A stretch of DNA of 63,740 bases, filler included, from Lenisia limosa (GCA_001655205.1; 13 parts of 13 records of this genome joined end to end with filler, not necessarily neighbours in it), one strand, 5' to 3'. Shown: positions 44,338-57,965, counted from the whole stretch's first letter. The notes: generated from the sequence alone by a model not told the origin. A program made the numbers and translations.

Positions 44338-47300
44338 TCATAGAACGAAGGCGTGCACAGCGTGAAGCCTGGCCAATAAGTCGGGCGTTGATACCAAACA
44401 CTGACACATATTCGAGAATGGAGCAACAGTGAAACCTTTTCCCGTCAGCGAACCTGGGGGTGTCTTCTGGACAGCTTTGAGGCATGTATCTATGGACATG
44501 CCTGTGACAGAGAGCTGGATTTTAGGCGGGTTAGTGAGGCCGACAGCCCCACCATCCGCCGCAGCTGCAAGCTAAAAGGTTATTAGATTCAACCCATCTG
44601 GTTCAGCGCAAAGATCTCAATAAATACTCAATATTTGCCAATTGATGAGAAATCTTGCCCCATTCATGAAGCCGCAAACCACAACAGAAAGGTTCTCGGA
44701 GCCCAAATAAGCGTTTTCCTGGGTGGTTCTGAGGCTAGGGAACGCGGCCCTCGTCTGTCAGGAGTTAGGCCCATGATAAACACCACAGATAGTTGTGTTG
44801 AAATGAGACAGAATGTAGAGGCTGTATTGGGTCACACCCCAAATGTCAGCATAATAGTTACAAATAGTGCTTACGCTGATTCTTGTGAGAGCTCGACAGG
44901 TGTGATTAGTGACAGACAGCGTTGACTGACTCGCATCAAAGCCCGAAATACCGACTAAAATGTAATTCATCTCAATAAGAAGGAAGGAAGAAATACATCA
45001 TACAATATAATTCAACACATTCATGAAACAGACCCGCATACTGATTACTCCGGCGTCGGCGGAGATGACATGGAACTTGTGGTTCTTCAAGACATGGGCA
45101 ATCCACTTGACGGCCTTAGCTTCACTACACCGTTACGGCACAAGCTGCCTTACTGTGATTCACTAGGCGACGTCACCTTTGCAACAAGAACAACCACGTT
45201 GTCGAACCTGGATGGTGACATCGGCAGGAATGGTTTGAATCCTAGAATTGGCATAGCTTATTGTACAGCCCTTCACAACTTACCATTGCCACTCAATGGG
45301 CTCTCCAGAGGACACTGCTTGACAATACTAAACCGTGATATAACAAGGGTCCTACGCTCTCGGGCATGTCACGACATATCTTAGTGTCCTGGTTGAGCGT
45401 GGCAAGAATAACGGCTCGATGGAGCTGAAACACCCTGTCGTAAATCTGCAGGTGGGTGCGGTTAGAAGGAAGCATTAAATTAGACCTACAGAGGCATAAT
45501 AGAATATACCTCTTCCCAGTACATACCTCGGGCATCTCAGGTCTTCTCTTGGGGTTTGGATGGAATATTTCGTCCAAAAGCTCGCCAAGCACCGACTACG
45601 AAGTCACGTGTCAATACGATGTTGGGGCATTACAATCAAAACAACATCCCAAGTTGAAGCGTCAGAAGCAGGAGTAGTTCAAAGGTAACAAACAAGGAGA
45701 CCGCCCACATCAATGGGTCTTTCTTCGGAGGCTTTAGAGTGTCTTCTCTGTAAATGGGCCTAAAGTACAATTAGTAGTGTTTAGTGTGCTGTAATATTGT
45801 CTCTACAGGAAAAAAAGCGTACTTTGACGGACGTTTCGTCAGGTTCGGGAAGGGTAAGGCTGTTTTCATTATAGCACACTCTATTGGGTTAAATTTGATA
45901 CCTCATACGAAGTAATCAGTCAACCATATTAAGAACATACTCCTGGATGACTTCCTGTTTAGGCATGCCGGCCCAGGGGATTTGTCGGGTTCGTAGACTC
46001 CATAACAGAACACCAACACTAGGAAATTTAGATAAGTGGAAGCCGTTCATTTTCTGGAATTTACCCTATATATTTTTTGTTTTTTGTATTTAACTTTATA
46101 AAAAAGGTCAGCAAATCCACTTCTCAAATAGATGGGTGGGTCATTATGATCGATTGACTTTTGCAAACAACAGAATAGTCGCATTATAATCCTCTCGGAA
46201 ACCGCTTGACCTGTACACGTCACTCATGGGGGTGACTGAGCCGCCTAAAAGGATCTCCGGAGCAAGGAAGTTGAACAACGGGGCGGGTGCGCGAACTTGG
46301 CGGTTGGGGTTATCACATAAGTGCGAGACAGAGGCTACAGTGTGAGATTATATTCATATCATATGATGTGCTCTGATCCGACGTGACTGCAAATGGAAAA
46401 TATAAAAGCCATTTTGCCGAAGCTATGTCAAATAAGGCAACGCATTTCACAGAATAACTCTCAGCTGGTTACCACATGCATACTGGCTGGTTACCACATG
46501 CATACTGAGTTTGAGTGAGAGAGACTTGGTGACACTGAAAGCAGAGGAGTCAATAGAACCGTGGAGAATGTTGTTGTCATGAAGGTGCATGATAGCGCGG
46601 CAGGCGTCTGAGGGGTCAAGATACGACAAACAAATCAAATGAAGTATCGGTTCTTTTGGATTGAACCAAAGCCCATTTGTACGAACCTGCAGCGAGGCGA
46701 TACATGAGGGAAGCAGGGATGAGCCAAGACGGGTTCTGAATGATGCCGTCAAGACCGCCGAGAAGACACCACTCGTATATGGCCATACCTCCATGCTGCG
46801 GACTAAAACGTAAAACTAATCTTGGCCATCTAGTAATCTGCCAAGATGTCACCATGATTGCAGTCTTGACCCCTCCAACCTGCTTGACACGGCAACCAGT
46901 TCGGCAATATTCTGATGGCTGCATTGTAAGGGGTGGTTTTTAGGTAGGCTAATTTGAATACTACACGGACCATCATAGTCTCAACATACTGCATTTTGCT
47001 CAAGAACGGGCATATGGCATTGAAGGACTTTTCCAAAGAAGGCGCACGGCCCATTTTGTTCTAAAGGTTCAGTATTGGAAGATTAGACGCCACAAAAGTA
47101 GGGCTCTGTGCAATTAATTGAAAAATTATGTTCAAAATGAAGCGACGAGAACCCCGTTCAGACACTTTAATTTCAATTTTTTTTTCAAAAAAAAACGTAC
47201 TACAAAAGAGTTTTCAGCCGAAGCCATACANNNNNNNNNNNNNNNNNNNNNNNNNNNNNNNNNNNNNNNNNNNNNNNNNNNNNNNNNNNNNNNNNNNNNN

Positions 47301-47601
47301 NNNNNNNNNNNNNNNNNNNNNNNGCAATTTCCTGGAACGTCAACCAAAACAAAATGTTGAAAGGAGAGGAATGAAGGGGAAATATAATATAGTGAAAATT
47401 CGATTGAATTACAAAATATATTCAACATTTACATCAAAACAAGTCATAAACCAGGCTTACAAAATGCTGTCGCACAGTCGCGTCGTTTCCATGAAGCATA
47501 TGAGCTTCGTCTAAAAACGGGTGGAGGGAATTGGCAGTGGGAGTCGGGTCGCTGGTTAAGGATGTTGGAGTTGCAGGCTCCATCATCGGTATCAGTGTTC
47601 T
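44338..47601 (-). CDS. TKL-like pseudokinase with a C-terminal extension, 5' end lost at a linker
   Basis: HQNIAELV / YEWCLLGGLDGII..MYRLAADACRAIMHLHDNNILHGSIDSS..LKLTSVS / NFLAPEILLGGSVTPMSDVYSVGVLLWSLRTRQIPWAGM / LLDEIFHPNPKRRPEMPE, followed by further exons down to about 44340. Confidence 0.75.
47099..47195. mobile_element. MITE-like family 3 copy (opposite orientation, cut by N run)
   Basis: TAGGGCTCTGTGCAATTAATTGAAAAA..GACGAGAACCCCGTTCAGACACTTTAATTTC matches the reverse complement of the 18736 copy. Confidence 0.7.
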
Positions 47602-47729
47602 NNNNNNNNNNNNNNNNNNNNNNNNNNNNNNNNNNNNNNNNNNNNTTAATTAATTAANNNNNNNNNNNNNNNNNNNNNNNNNNNNNNNNNNNNNNNNNNN
47701 NAAAAAAAAAAAAAAAGTTGCCAAGTACG

Positions 47730-48273
47730 AAACAAACACGCCCAAGCCAAAGCTTTCAAGAAGGTATTGGTGGTAGAACAAAAGAAGAGAGAAGGAGAGG
47801 AAGTTCTGAGTCAGAACATGATCGGACTTGTGATAGAAACTAATCCGAGCAACTTCTACGATCGGCTCCATAGAACAGCCGTCTCGGAATACCACCCGAT
47901 AAGCATTAATATAATGCTAACCAACGAAAGTCGGCCGATATGGTGAGGAAAATAGCAGGAACAAAGGAATGTGATGGGTTTGATCACGATAGATAAAAAT
48001 GGTAACCACCCGAAAGGGCCCAAAACCCCTCTTGTCTTCAGAGATAGACGAAAATTGATTGACAAGCGAGGACTCAGAGCCCACTAACCACAGCAATTTC
48101 CTGGAGAAGGTCGGCAATGCCTCCATACTTCTCAGTGTCGAGAGTGGACTCCATGCGGGTAACAACCTCTCTAAGAGTGCGTCCAACACGCTAAAGAAGG
48201 TCAGGCGGAAGAGTTTCCTTACAGTGTACGCGGTTCCGTCGCGAACGGCTCTGGTATCATGAAGGTGTGACAT
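47730..48273 (-). CDS. 5' part of an uncharacterised gene, truncated by a linker
   Basis: MSHLHDTRAVRDGTAYT, then a 32-nt GT-AG intron, then RVGRTLREVVTRMESTLDTEKYGGIADLLQEIAV. Downstream exons are ambiguous. Confidence 0.45.
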
Positions 48274-48750
48274 GTTTTAGACTAAAAGAAGCTAAAAAAG
48301 GCCGAATTTTTAAAAGATTTGGTTATATACCCGCAATTCCCGGCCCGTTTTGTCTGTCAAAAGCCACTTTTGCGTCTTTTCGTGCTTCCTGAGCATTCCT
48401 CATCTTAAATAAATTTCTAACTAATTATATAGCAAATACAAGAAAATACGAAAACCTCCGCATGCGTGACTGTTTCATGGCCGAATAAGGAGAGATCTGG
48501 AGGGACGAGGGACTCCTTCGTCTTTAGTCATTCTCATTATGTAAGCTGGAAACTGGTGCATTTCAATGGAATCTATGTAGTTTATAATGGAATCTCTGTT
48601 ATCCTTAGAAGTATGACTGAGTATAACTATTTTTTTCAAGTATAAGAGTAAATAGAAATACTCACTTTCTTTGACTTTCTACTAAAATGTAGAAAGACTG
48701 ATCAATTATTTATAAAGAAAGTGAGAAAGCTTTCTTTTATCACTGTTCAG

Positions 48751-51700
48751 GGACGAGTTGGATATTGAAATGAACGACATTCAGAAAGTTGCCATTGTTA
48801 CCGCACTCGCTACCAAGAAAATCGCGGTATACGTTGCGTCAACAGTTGCCAATTTACTTATAGTTATGTATTTATTTTATCAAGTTAGAATAAGAAATAA
48901 AACAGGTTGTATTTGGCCGAATCTGACAATGATTACTGACGAAACATCTCTTCAAATAATATCAAAACTTCATCAAATTATTCTTTGAAAAGATATTTTT
49001 CTGACCAAATGTACCAAGTTTTTAATTGCTCTAGAAAGCTCTGAAGACTGTAGCCTCAACATCCTTCCAAAGTTCTCTTGGCAAAGCACGAGAAGTCAAA
49101 AGAGCCCTTCAAGTTGACCTTGTCACACTTAAACGAAGCGTAGGGATGGGTGTCAAAATTCCAATTGGAATTCTGGTATTGTAAGGGAGAGAGACAATTT
49201 ATGTTTGATAATCTCTTACCGAAGGTAATACAAGATTTTGTCTTGAATAGAAACTATATGAAACACAACATATCAAGCCCCAAATTGTTTTAACTGTAAA
49301 TATTTTTTTATACTTCAAGGTTCAGGAGACGGATAAGCTAAACAAGGTTTGTCAGGAACTGTATACATTTTATAACAAAAAATATATTGAGAGACAAGGT
49401 AACACTGTACCAATAATTAACTCTAACTGTATCCATGAAAACCCAGAATTATAATATGAACAGTATGAATCACAATTTAATGAATTTATACTTGCAAAAG
49501 TCATAATACATGATATTGGGAAGCAAAACATCGCAAATTATTGCAGTTTACATTCGCTGTTTAAGTAAAATGTAAAATCAAAATACTGCATATAATTATT
49601 ATGATTTGTCATACATCCATTAACCGAGTTAGGAGCTCATTGAAATTATTGAGTCTGAGCAACAAACAATGTCAAAGTTTAACAATGCGAGCAAGAAAGG
49701 TCTGAGGGTAGCTTTGAGAATATAGCAAAATAATATTTAAATGAAACAATTTAAATCCTTTCATATATTTTGTATCAACACACAGAACAATTAGAAATTC
49801 AAAACAGCTCACTTAAATGCAGAGCTCAAACAGTGGAAAAACAGGCTGAAAGAAGAGGAAAACCGCTCTCAGCAGCTTGAAACGGAGTATCAACAGTCCT
49901 TGGCAGAGCGGTAAGTAACCATCCTTTAGTATTATGTTCCTACAAATTATAACATTTTTGGCATTATATTTCAAAAGCAATCACATCACATTTCAGGCGA
50001 AAAGACCTAGATGTCATGTACAACCAGCTCTATGATGTATGCATTATTCACCACTTTTGTTTTCTAAGATTCAGGTCTTCTTCTTGCTAACTGTACCAAT
50101 CAGTGATACAATATTTTCACAGTGTTTTCTTTCCTTTTTTGAAAACAGATCTTGTGACAAACCACTATTTGTCTTTTTTTCTGACTTGTTAATATTTTAG
50201 GACATTCAAGTTCTACAACAGGAGTTACGTAAGTAAATTGGATAGAAATATCAATATGGATACAACATTTGACAATTTGATAAAAATAATTGTAATGGAC
50301 TACTAACAGTACTAAAAGCAAAATCATATTGTTTACCCAGACCAAAGTGAACAACCAAAGTATAAGAACACAATCATTTGAAAATCCTATTAACCAATTC
50401 ATTTGTTAATACAGGAAGGTATTAACCCATTTAGTTCATGAGAGAACTGAAAAGGGAGCCCTAACTAAACTATTAGACGAAAAGAATTCGTAAGCCAGGG
50501 TTATCCTTAAAAAACATTGACGTCAGCAGGATTGATTCCCCACTCCTTTGAATCGCTTACAAAAGTTATTGATTCTCCTTTTCTCTCAAACCCTACAGAA
50601 GCCCGACAAGTACTGTTGAGCCTTCTCTTACAATACACTGTCTCTGGCACCTTACAGCAAATCAAGAAGTGAGTTTTTTAAAAGCACCAAATAATGATTA
50701 CACAGTAAACATACTAAAGATTTAACAATTTGATAAAAATAATTTAAATAAACTACTTACAGTACTAAAAGCAAAAAATTAAGGGTTTAAACATAATTAA
50801 AGTGTGTGCTGAACCTATCAACAGAAATATTTATCTGTGTCGTTACTTGCAAATTCATTTCATCTATAGCAAACAGCAGTTGTTTCACCCGTTTCAAACT
50901 AAGATTTTTTATCTATCTAGAGCAAAAACGTTGAGCAATTAGTCAGTCAAGGTGGAGAGCTCATTACTGCCATCGCGTCCTATATTCAAACACATACTGA
51001 GGTTGGTCCGACAATGAATACAAAAATTGAATTTTTAAGGGAATTAATTGAAATTATGAATCTACATCTGATAGTGTTATTATTTACCATTTTCGGAGTT
51101 TTATGAATAAAGTGTTAAACACGTATCGATATATATTCCTTAGATATTATACACATTTATTCCTCAGGTATTGAACGTTGTTGTCAACCGTCAAAAAGAT
51201 CCCTCTGACGTTCTCCAAGCTCCAGTCGGGATCAAGCGCCTCCCAACTTCCTCGGGGCCACAGTAAGCAATAAAATGAGGAATAGGTGGTATAGAAAACA
51301 TTGCTATTTTGAACAAGCAGGCAATTGTTTGAAATAGTGGGTGAAACCTAAAACTTCCTCTGGTCACAGTAAGCAATAAAAGGGAAATAGTGATTGTGGG
51401 GATGATGATAGTGTTGGAGGATGTTTAGGGCTTCTTACAATTATTAAAGAATTGCAAGGAGGCCTGAGGATGTTAGTTATACTATTTGTTTACTGCCCAA
51501 CCAATTGCTAATGTGTGGTCCTAAGGAGGTTCAAAGTCTCCCCCTCCCATTTAATTACCAACTGTTTGTTCTAAATATCTCTTTACCTCTCTGCAAAAAT
51601 TCTCACTACCCTCCCGCACTAATTTTCCTGCAGAGGCAATGACGGGCCCCAACTGACTTATATTGAGAAGAAGGAGATTCCGCGAGCTCCTTCAGGTTCG

Positions 51701-54700
51701 AGTGGCTTACTTAGAGGAATTTTGAATTGTTTAGATTAGTTATGAGGATCCTTGACTTAATTAAGGTGAGTTGATTAAATGCTGTATTGTTTGCTGAATC
51801 TGGGCTTAAGTGTCGGTATATCATAATCCTCCAGATGTCATGAATAGAAAAATCAGATTCTTATCAATTCTGCATTAAGGAAACAACAATCTCAATTATT
51901 CATGACATGTTTTCATAATTAATATTCACAGCCATTTATGGCATGTCATAGGCAATATTTACAGTCATTCAGGGCATGAATGGAACAATCAGATTCTTGT
52001 CAAGTCCTTAGGCCTTCTCGGTAACATTGCCTGCAACCAAACTGGTTTGGAGATTCTTAATTACACAGCTTGAATTCACACAATTGTTTAAATTAGCTCT
52101 TTTATCTCATTTTTGGACAGTCAGATAAAATATCTCGTGAAATTCTAAATATATTTCAACCATATTATTACCACCATTTTAACTTGCCCTCCCTGTACTC
52201 TCCCACATTTGCAGTTCATAATGAGAAATCCCCAAATATGTATCATGAGCTCTCCCAAGCAGCAATGTATAATTTGGACTGTCTGTTTGACAGCATTTCA
52301 GGAAGAACGTTCCTAGTAGAAACCAGCCAAATGACGATTCTCAAACCACTGACCGGGCTGATTTACCTCTACTCATCCGTCATCTCTTCATACTTGGACC
52401 GAACCTCGCTGAAAAAAGAGGAAGGAAAAACTTTTATTGTTACCCTTGTAAGCTAATAGTTGAATATCAATACCTATATTATTTTTCTTTACCGCGATTC
52501 TGACACAGATATTGAGACTAATCTTTAGTCAATTGTGTCAAAAAATATTGGCTTCATAATGTTACGGATTTCTCCTCAAAAGATATGATATCATTAAATG
52601 TATACATGACAAACCTGGCTCCACATCTTTTGACCTTAATAGACTATGATGATCCGTGTGCTATGTAACCTCACTTTTTCTGGGGATGTGGTGACCCATC
52701 TTGCGTCTCTTTCGGTGCCTAAACTAAAAAATGGTGAGCTGTGCATACTTCGATAATGAATATTTTGATTGCTGCTATTTTTGATTGTGGGATAATATAA
52801 GATGGGCATATACACAACACCCAAAATTACATACCAATATATCATGTCCCAAAGTGGTCGCTTTCCTCCCATTTGAACCATTATTTACGGTAAACAATTT
52901 TCAGTGTGCCTATCCTATAGTATTTTGTGAATTATTTCAATTGTGAATTATTTTGCTTGTCTATTGTTTCTTTGATTGTGGGTATTATAGTAATGGATAC
53001 AATGTACTACTTATCGACTTGGCTACTTTCAATGTTGGGATATTATAGTAGTGTTGTAATATATATGTATACTTATACATTATGTATTGCAATATAAAAA
53101 CAGTGAGTTATGGAGACTTTGAAAGTATTGGTATGTAACTAGGATGATACTTTGATCTTTTTTAAAAAAACACAAATTGAAGTCACACATCTTACACTTT
53201 AGTTGAAATTAAGCTTCAGGGCCCTCCCACTGCCACTTATAACTTGTGGGCCCTTAACAAAAATAAATGCAATTTCGCTTTATTCAATTACATCTCTAGT
53301 TTCCTAATGATCCCTTCAACTTCACAATTCCCACTCTACTTCTTTCCAATGATTAAAATTCACTTTAATTTTAGCTTCACTAATTAACACCTTTTCAGCT
53401 TCCTAATTATCCCAGTGTATCTCTTCAACTTCACAATTGTTACTCTTGATCTTTAATTGCACATCTTTTTAGCTTCCTGACAATCGCAATTTACCTCTTT
53501 CAAACTGTTGGCGAGACCTGTGAAGCAGCCAACCTATGCATTCAAGTTATTCACTCCACTGTTGGTTGGGCACTTTGTGAACAATACACTCCACTATGAG
53601 CGGTGTTGAAGTCATCTTATGGTTGATGATAATTGACATGAATGATGTCGAGTTATCTACTGTGTTGATTTTGTAAAAAAAGATATATGACCACTCTATT
53701 ACTTACTAGGTATTAAATACTACCAAAACAAGCAATAATCATGTGTGAGCAATTCATTTCTTCTTTCATCGAAATATCACGTGGATCAATTCATTCAAAA
53801 TCTCCCCAAAATTATCGATACAGATGGATCAATTCATTCAAACCCGTCACCCCCACTTCCCCAATGTCTACCAGTCATTGAAACTGTCAAGAACTTGCAT
53901 TGAAAAGGGTGGGCCTCTTTTATCAAATATGAGAAATGTACCTGGTTGCCCCAACCGCAATTTTTATCCCAAGTCATCCTTTCATAAATATCTGTAAACA
54001 ATAAGAAGATTATATGAGGATAAACACGATTCCTATTGAGTGGATCATTAAGGCGTGTTCGTCAATTATCCTATGATAAGATATATGACAACATAGCATC
54101 GAGAGGAAGATGATTACTATAACAGCATAATGGATATCATTCGAACATGAAAAAAGAATACACTATTTGTATATTAAATACAATATTTTTACATGAAAAT
54201 TGTTTCAAGAAAGATGACCACCTACCGACATTATGGTTAGAGTTATTGTCCTTTTTACACCCAAGGTGAAGTCAGAGACTATATCAACTTCCTGGTAGGG
54301 AGAGTAATATTTTTGAGGAAATAATGAAAGTCATAATTCACGCAATTTTCATTTCACTTATTAATAAATCATTGGTCATATGCTGCTATTTTAAGAAACA
54401 TTTGCACTTAATCACAATTCAGCAAAAATACAATTCACCGGTGATATTGTCTCCTGTTTAAATTTCACCCTCTGGCAAATGCAGTCTCACACACTCTTTT
54501 ATAATTGACCAAAAGGATCCTAAAATTGACAAAAAATGTTATAATTGCCCAATAATGGTGTTCGTAACTTACACGTTTAGATCACAGAAGCGGACCGCTA
54601 CGTTTACACATTCAAAGCAGTCCACATTCCCGATAAGGTATAGCAAGGTCTTTTACCCTCTATGATCAAAAAATAAATTTTCTAAAAATTCTCGATAAAT

Positions 54701-55880
54701 ATCGATATTTTATTGGTCTTTTTCAGACCATAGAGAATCCCTACGAATATTGAGGAATCATACTTAGTTGCTGGTTTGAATACGGGGAGATCTGCCAAAA
54801 ACATATCATATACGGTATATAATCATAAAAATTGTTTTTATTTTTCAATTTTACTATCCATCAAGGGAGATAAACATAATCCACCAGGTTGCAAGTACAG
54901 ACATTCTCCCAAAAGTCCAGATCAATCTTTCCGAAGTTTCTGCTGCCGCTGCTAAATTGGTATGGGGATGTGCTATCTGTTTAAGGGTCTTCTGAGATTT
55001 GTAAGGGTTACTGTCCTCCCATCTGTCACAGGGTGGGGTAGCCAGATAAGCCAAATGGGTCTGTTTACTGTTTAATAGTGATTTTGGTAATATGGTGCTA
55101 ATGGTGAAATGGTGATTTGAACATTTTGGTGTTTTATAAGGCTTCTTTCAATTATCAAACAGCCAATATATTTGATTTTGGGCTTTTTCTTTCATAATTT
55201 CCAATTTTACTCCCCCCCCCCTCTCCCAGCCAGCCTCAAGAACCCCCATAAAACGCACCCAGCCACGACCACAGCAAATCGACTGGGATGACGAGCCACC
55301 TCTTCACTCCAATCTTTTCGGCACAGCCCAGGACAAGCTCTGTTCCTTCGCTTCCGAAAATGCCAGTTCATTTGCTTCCGACGAATTTGCTTCCGACACC
55401 CGTGTTCCAGGATCCATATTCAGCTCAGCATCTCATTCCCATGACGTCACCGATAATCTTGCTGCCGGCTCCATTTTCAGTTCCGCTGCCGCCCCACATA
55501 ACAGTAAACCCGGCATGGGATCGAATTTACTGTATCAAAACGACTCCGGAGATACGCTTCCCGCAGGATCGATTTTCAGCTCCGCTTTAAAACCACCTCC
55601 AAGGCCAAGCCAAATTGAGCAAAACGGACCAAGGATCCAGCCTAATTGTAGCCAGGTTCCCCCTTCCTGCTCCGCACATCATGTCCAAAACTTTAATCCA
55701 AATAAGGCAACTGTCCCGCAGCAGCTCACCTCAAATAAGGCAAATGTTCAACAATTCACCCCAAATAAGGCAAGTACTCAGCCGTTCTCCCAGGCCCTTT
55801 TTCCTCCAGATAATGCAGGATTCACTCCAAGTTCCTCACAATATTGCCCGCCACCCAGCCCACTCTGGAATGCCTTAAGA
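48751..55880 (+). CDS. Large uncharacterised multi-exon protein with coiled-coil, helical-repeat-like and low-complexity regions
   Basis: More than 15 canonical exons, e.g. HLNAELKQWKNRLKEEENRSQQLETEYQQSLAER, EQNVEQLVSQGGELITAIASYIQ, TMMIRVLCNLTFSGDVVTHLASL, ITEADRYVYTFKAVHIPDK, and a roughly 650-nt open exon from 55230. Whether this is one gene or two is not certain. Confidence 0.6.
54647..54743. mobile_element. MITE-like family 1 copy (diverged)
   Basis: CTCTATGATCAAAAAA...CTCGATAAATATCGATATT...GGTCTTTTTCAGACCATAGAG..CCCTA. Confidence 0.55.
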
Positions 55881-56610
55881 TGGTGGGGAATAGGATTGAG
55901 AGAATTGGGGATGACATTTTTCAATTTTTGTCAATTAACTGTGTTCGTTAATAGGCAATTCAAATCCACAAGCTGTTTAAAGCTGTTAAAGTTTTAAAGC
56001 GCTGAAAATTACAAGTTTCTTTTTACATTTTTTTCAATATGAAACTTTGAAACAATCTTTTTGATTTTTTCAGATCCCTCTTCCCCACAACTTGACGTTT
56101 TTTTGGTTTTCTCTGTTTCCCCTTGAACGTAGTTTTCTAATGTTTCCAATAGAGTATGTATCGGCTTTATAATAGAGTATGTATCTGCTTTATGATTGAG
56201 TATGTATCGGCTTTATGATATCGGCTTTATGTTGGGGAGGCACATTGTGTTGTATGCACAGAGTAATGCAAATGAGAGTATTAATAATGCCCTATTTATA
56301 TTGTTTTACTCAACATCACCGTACGTAAACTGCTTCGTCATAGTGGGGTTATGGGGTTGTGGTTTTTGGTGACGTTCGATGGATATCACTCCTTGATTGG
56401 TGGTGATGTTAAGATACTCTGGAACAGAGAATAGTAGTAGAACTATTACATAATNNNNNNNNNNNNNNNNNNNNNNNNNNNNNNNNNNNNNNNNNNNNTT
56501 AATTAATTAANNNNNNNNNNNNNNNNNNNNNNNNNNNNNNNNNNNNNNNNNNNNCACCCCCCCACACTCACACATTATTATATGATTACCTATATACGCA
56601 TCCATCTCAC

Positions 56611-57965
56611 AGGCTCCAGGCAGCCCGCGGGTTACCGCAGCCGTTTTTTCACCCGAGTGTCTGAAGGTAATTAAATTCTAGTTTAATAATATTATAAATC
56701 CTTGCTAAATACTATTATCAATTCTTAGAACTATTCTGAAGGCGAGGCTCCCCACTCCCCCTTTTTAGGCTTTACTTCGTTCGAAAAAAGATGAAATTTC
56801 TTGATAAGTCCTTCATAATTAACAATTAATAACATCATATGTTATTTTTGGATCGACGTGAAATGTTTTTCTACCCTTGCATTTTATTTATTATTGTTCT
56901 TGAACTTTGAATAAAGCACTGATGTTCCTACAGACAGCGTCTTCCCTCAAATATGCTGTGTTATAATGACATGACACTACAGCCCTTTCCTTCTCTACAA
57001 TCATTTTCCATGCCGTTTTCACGACAACCATTCATACTTGCAGATGGAGGCGAGACTTGGGGCGATTTCTCATTTGCTGTGTCTGAACAGGTAAGCCAGG
57101 GTTTTATTTCTTTCTCTTGGGCATCAATTTTCAAAAATGCTCGATGGAGTACTGCTCTCGATAGAGTACTGCTCTCGATAGAGTACTGCTCTCGATAGAG
57201 TACTGCTCTCGATGTACTGCTCTCGATATAGTACTGCTCTCGATATATTCTCGATATATTCACGATAAATCGTCAAACAAGTACTCTTCTAATCCTCATG
57301 TTATACCGGAATTAGAAATAAATACATGTACGTGTAGTAGATACTCATTTCATTCTTCTTTCACCAAATGTTTCTCTCGACTGACCCGTATTAGGCCGAA
57401 GAAGGTCATATCTACGTCCCTACAGCCACCATGTCTAGTGGTGGTGTGTATAATGTTGGGGGGTATATATGGGGTGGTGTATAATCTGGGTGGATATGTT
57501 GTTTCGGGTGATAATGTTTGAAATGTGGGGTGATTGTTGTTTAAGTGTCGGTGGACACTGTTTTTTTTTTGTTTTTGTTTTTTTTTNNNNNNNNNNNNNN
57601 NNNNNNNNNNNNNNNNNNNNNNNNNNNNNNNNNNNNNNNNNNNNNNNNNNNNNNNNNNNNNNNNNNNNNNNNNNNNNNNNNNNNNNNNNNNNNNNNNNNN
57701 NNNNNNNNNNNNNNNNNNNNNNNNNNNNNNNNNNNNNNNNNNNNNNNNNNNNNTTTGTTATTTTGTCCCAATCCCAAGATGAATAATCAAATGATTCCTT
57801 CTGAGATGAAAGAAAACTACTGCTCTCGATAGAGTACTGCTCTCGATAGAGTACTGCTCTCGATATAGTACTGCTCTCGATATATTCTCGATGTATGTCG
57901 TACAATAGGACAATTTGCTGTTGATTTCCAGACACTTTCATTGTCAAATCCCCAATACATTGTTG
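56611..57965 (+). CDS. Putative exons of an unidentified gene
   Basis: Short exons with good splice signals: APGSPRVTAAVFSPECLK, DGGETWGDFSFAVSEQ, AEEGHIYVPTATMSS. Confidence 0.3.
57141..57270 (+). repeat. 17-bp minisatellite array A
   Basis: GAGTACTGCTCTCGATA about 6 times, degenerating into CTCGATATATT. Confidence 0.9.
57817..57892 (+). repeat. 17-bp minisatellite array B
   Basis: Same unit about 4 times, with the same terminal variant TAGTACTGCTCTCGATATATTCTCGAT. Confidence 0.9.

Noticed and set aside
55770-55830. Minus-strand peptide ILHYLEEKGPGRTAE resembling a Z-alpha domain
   Set aside because: It is bounded by stops and lies antisense to a long open plus-strand exon, so it is a chance resemblance.
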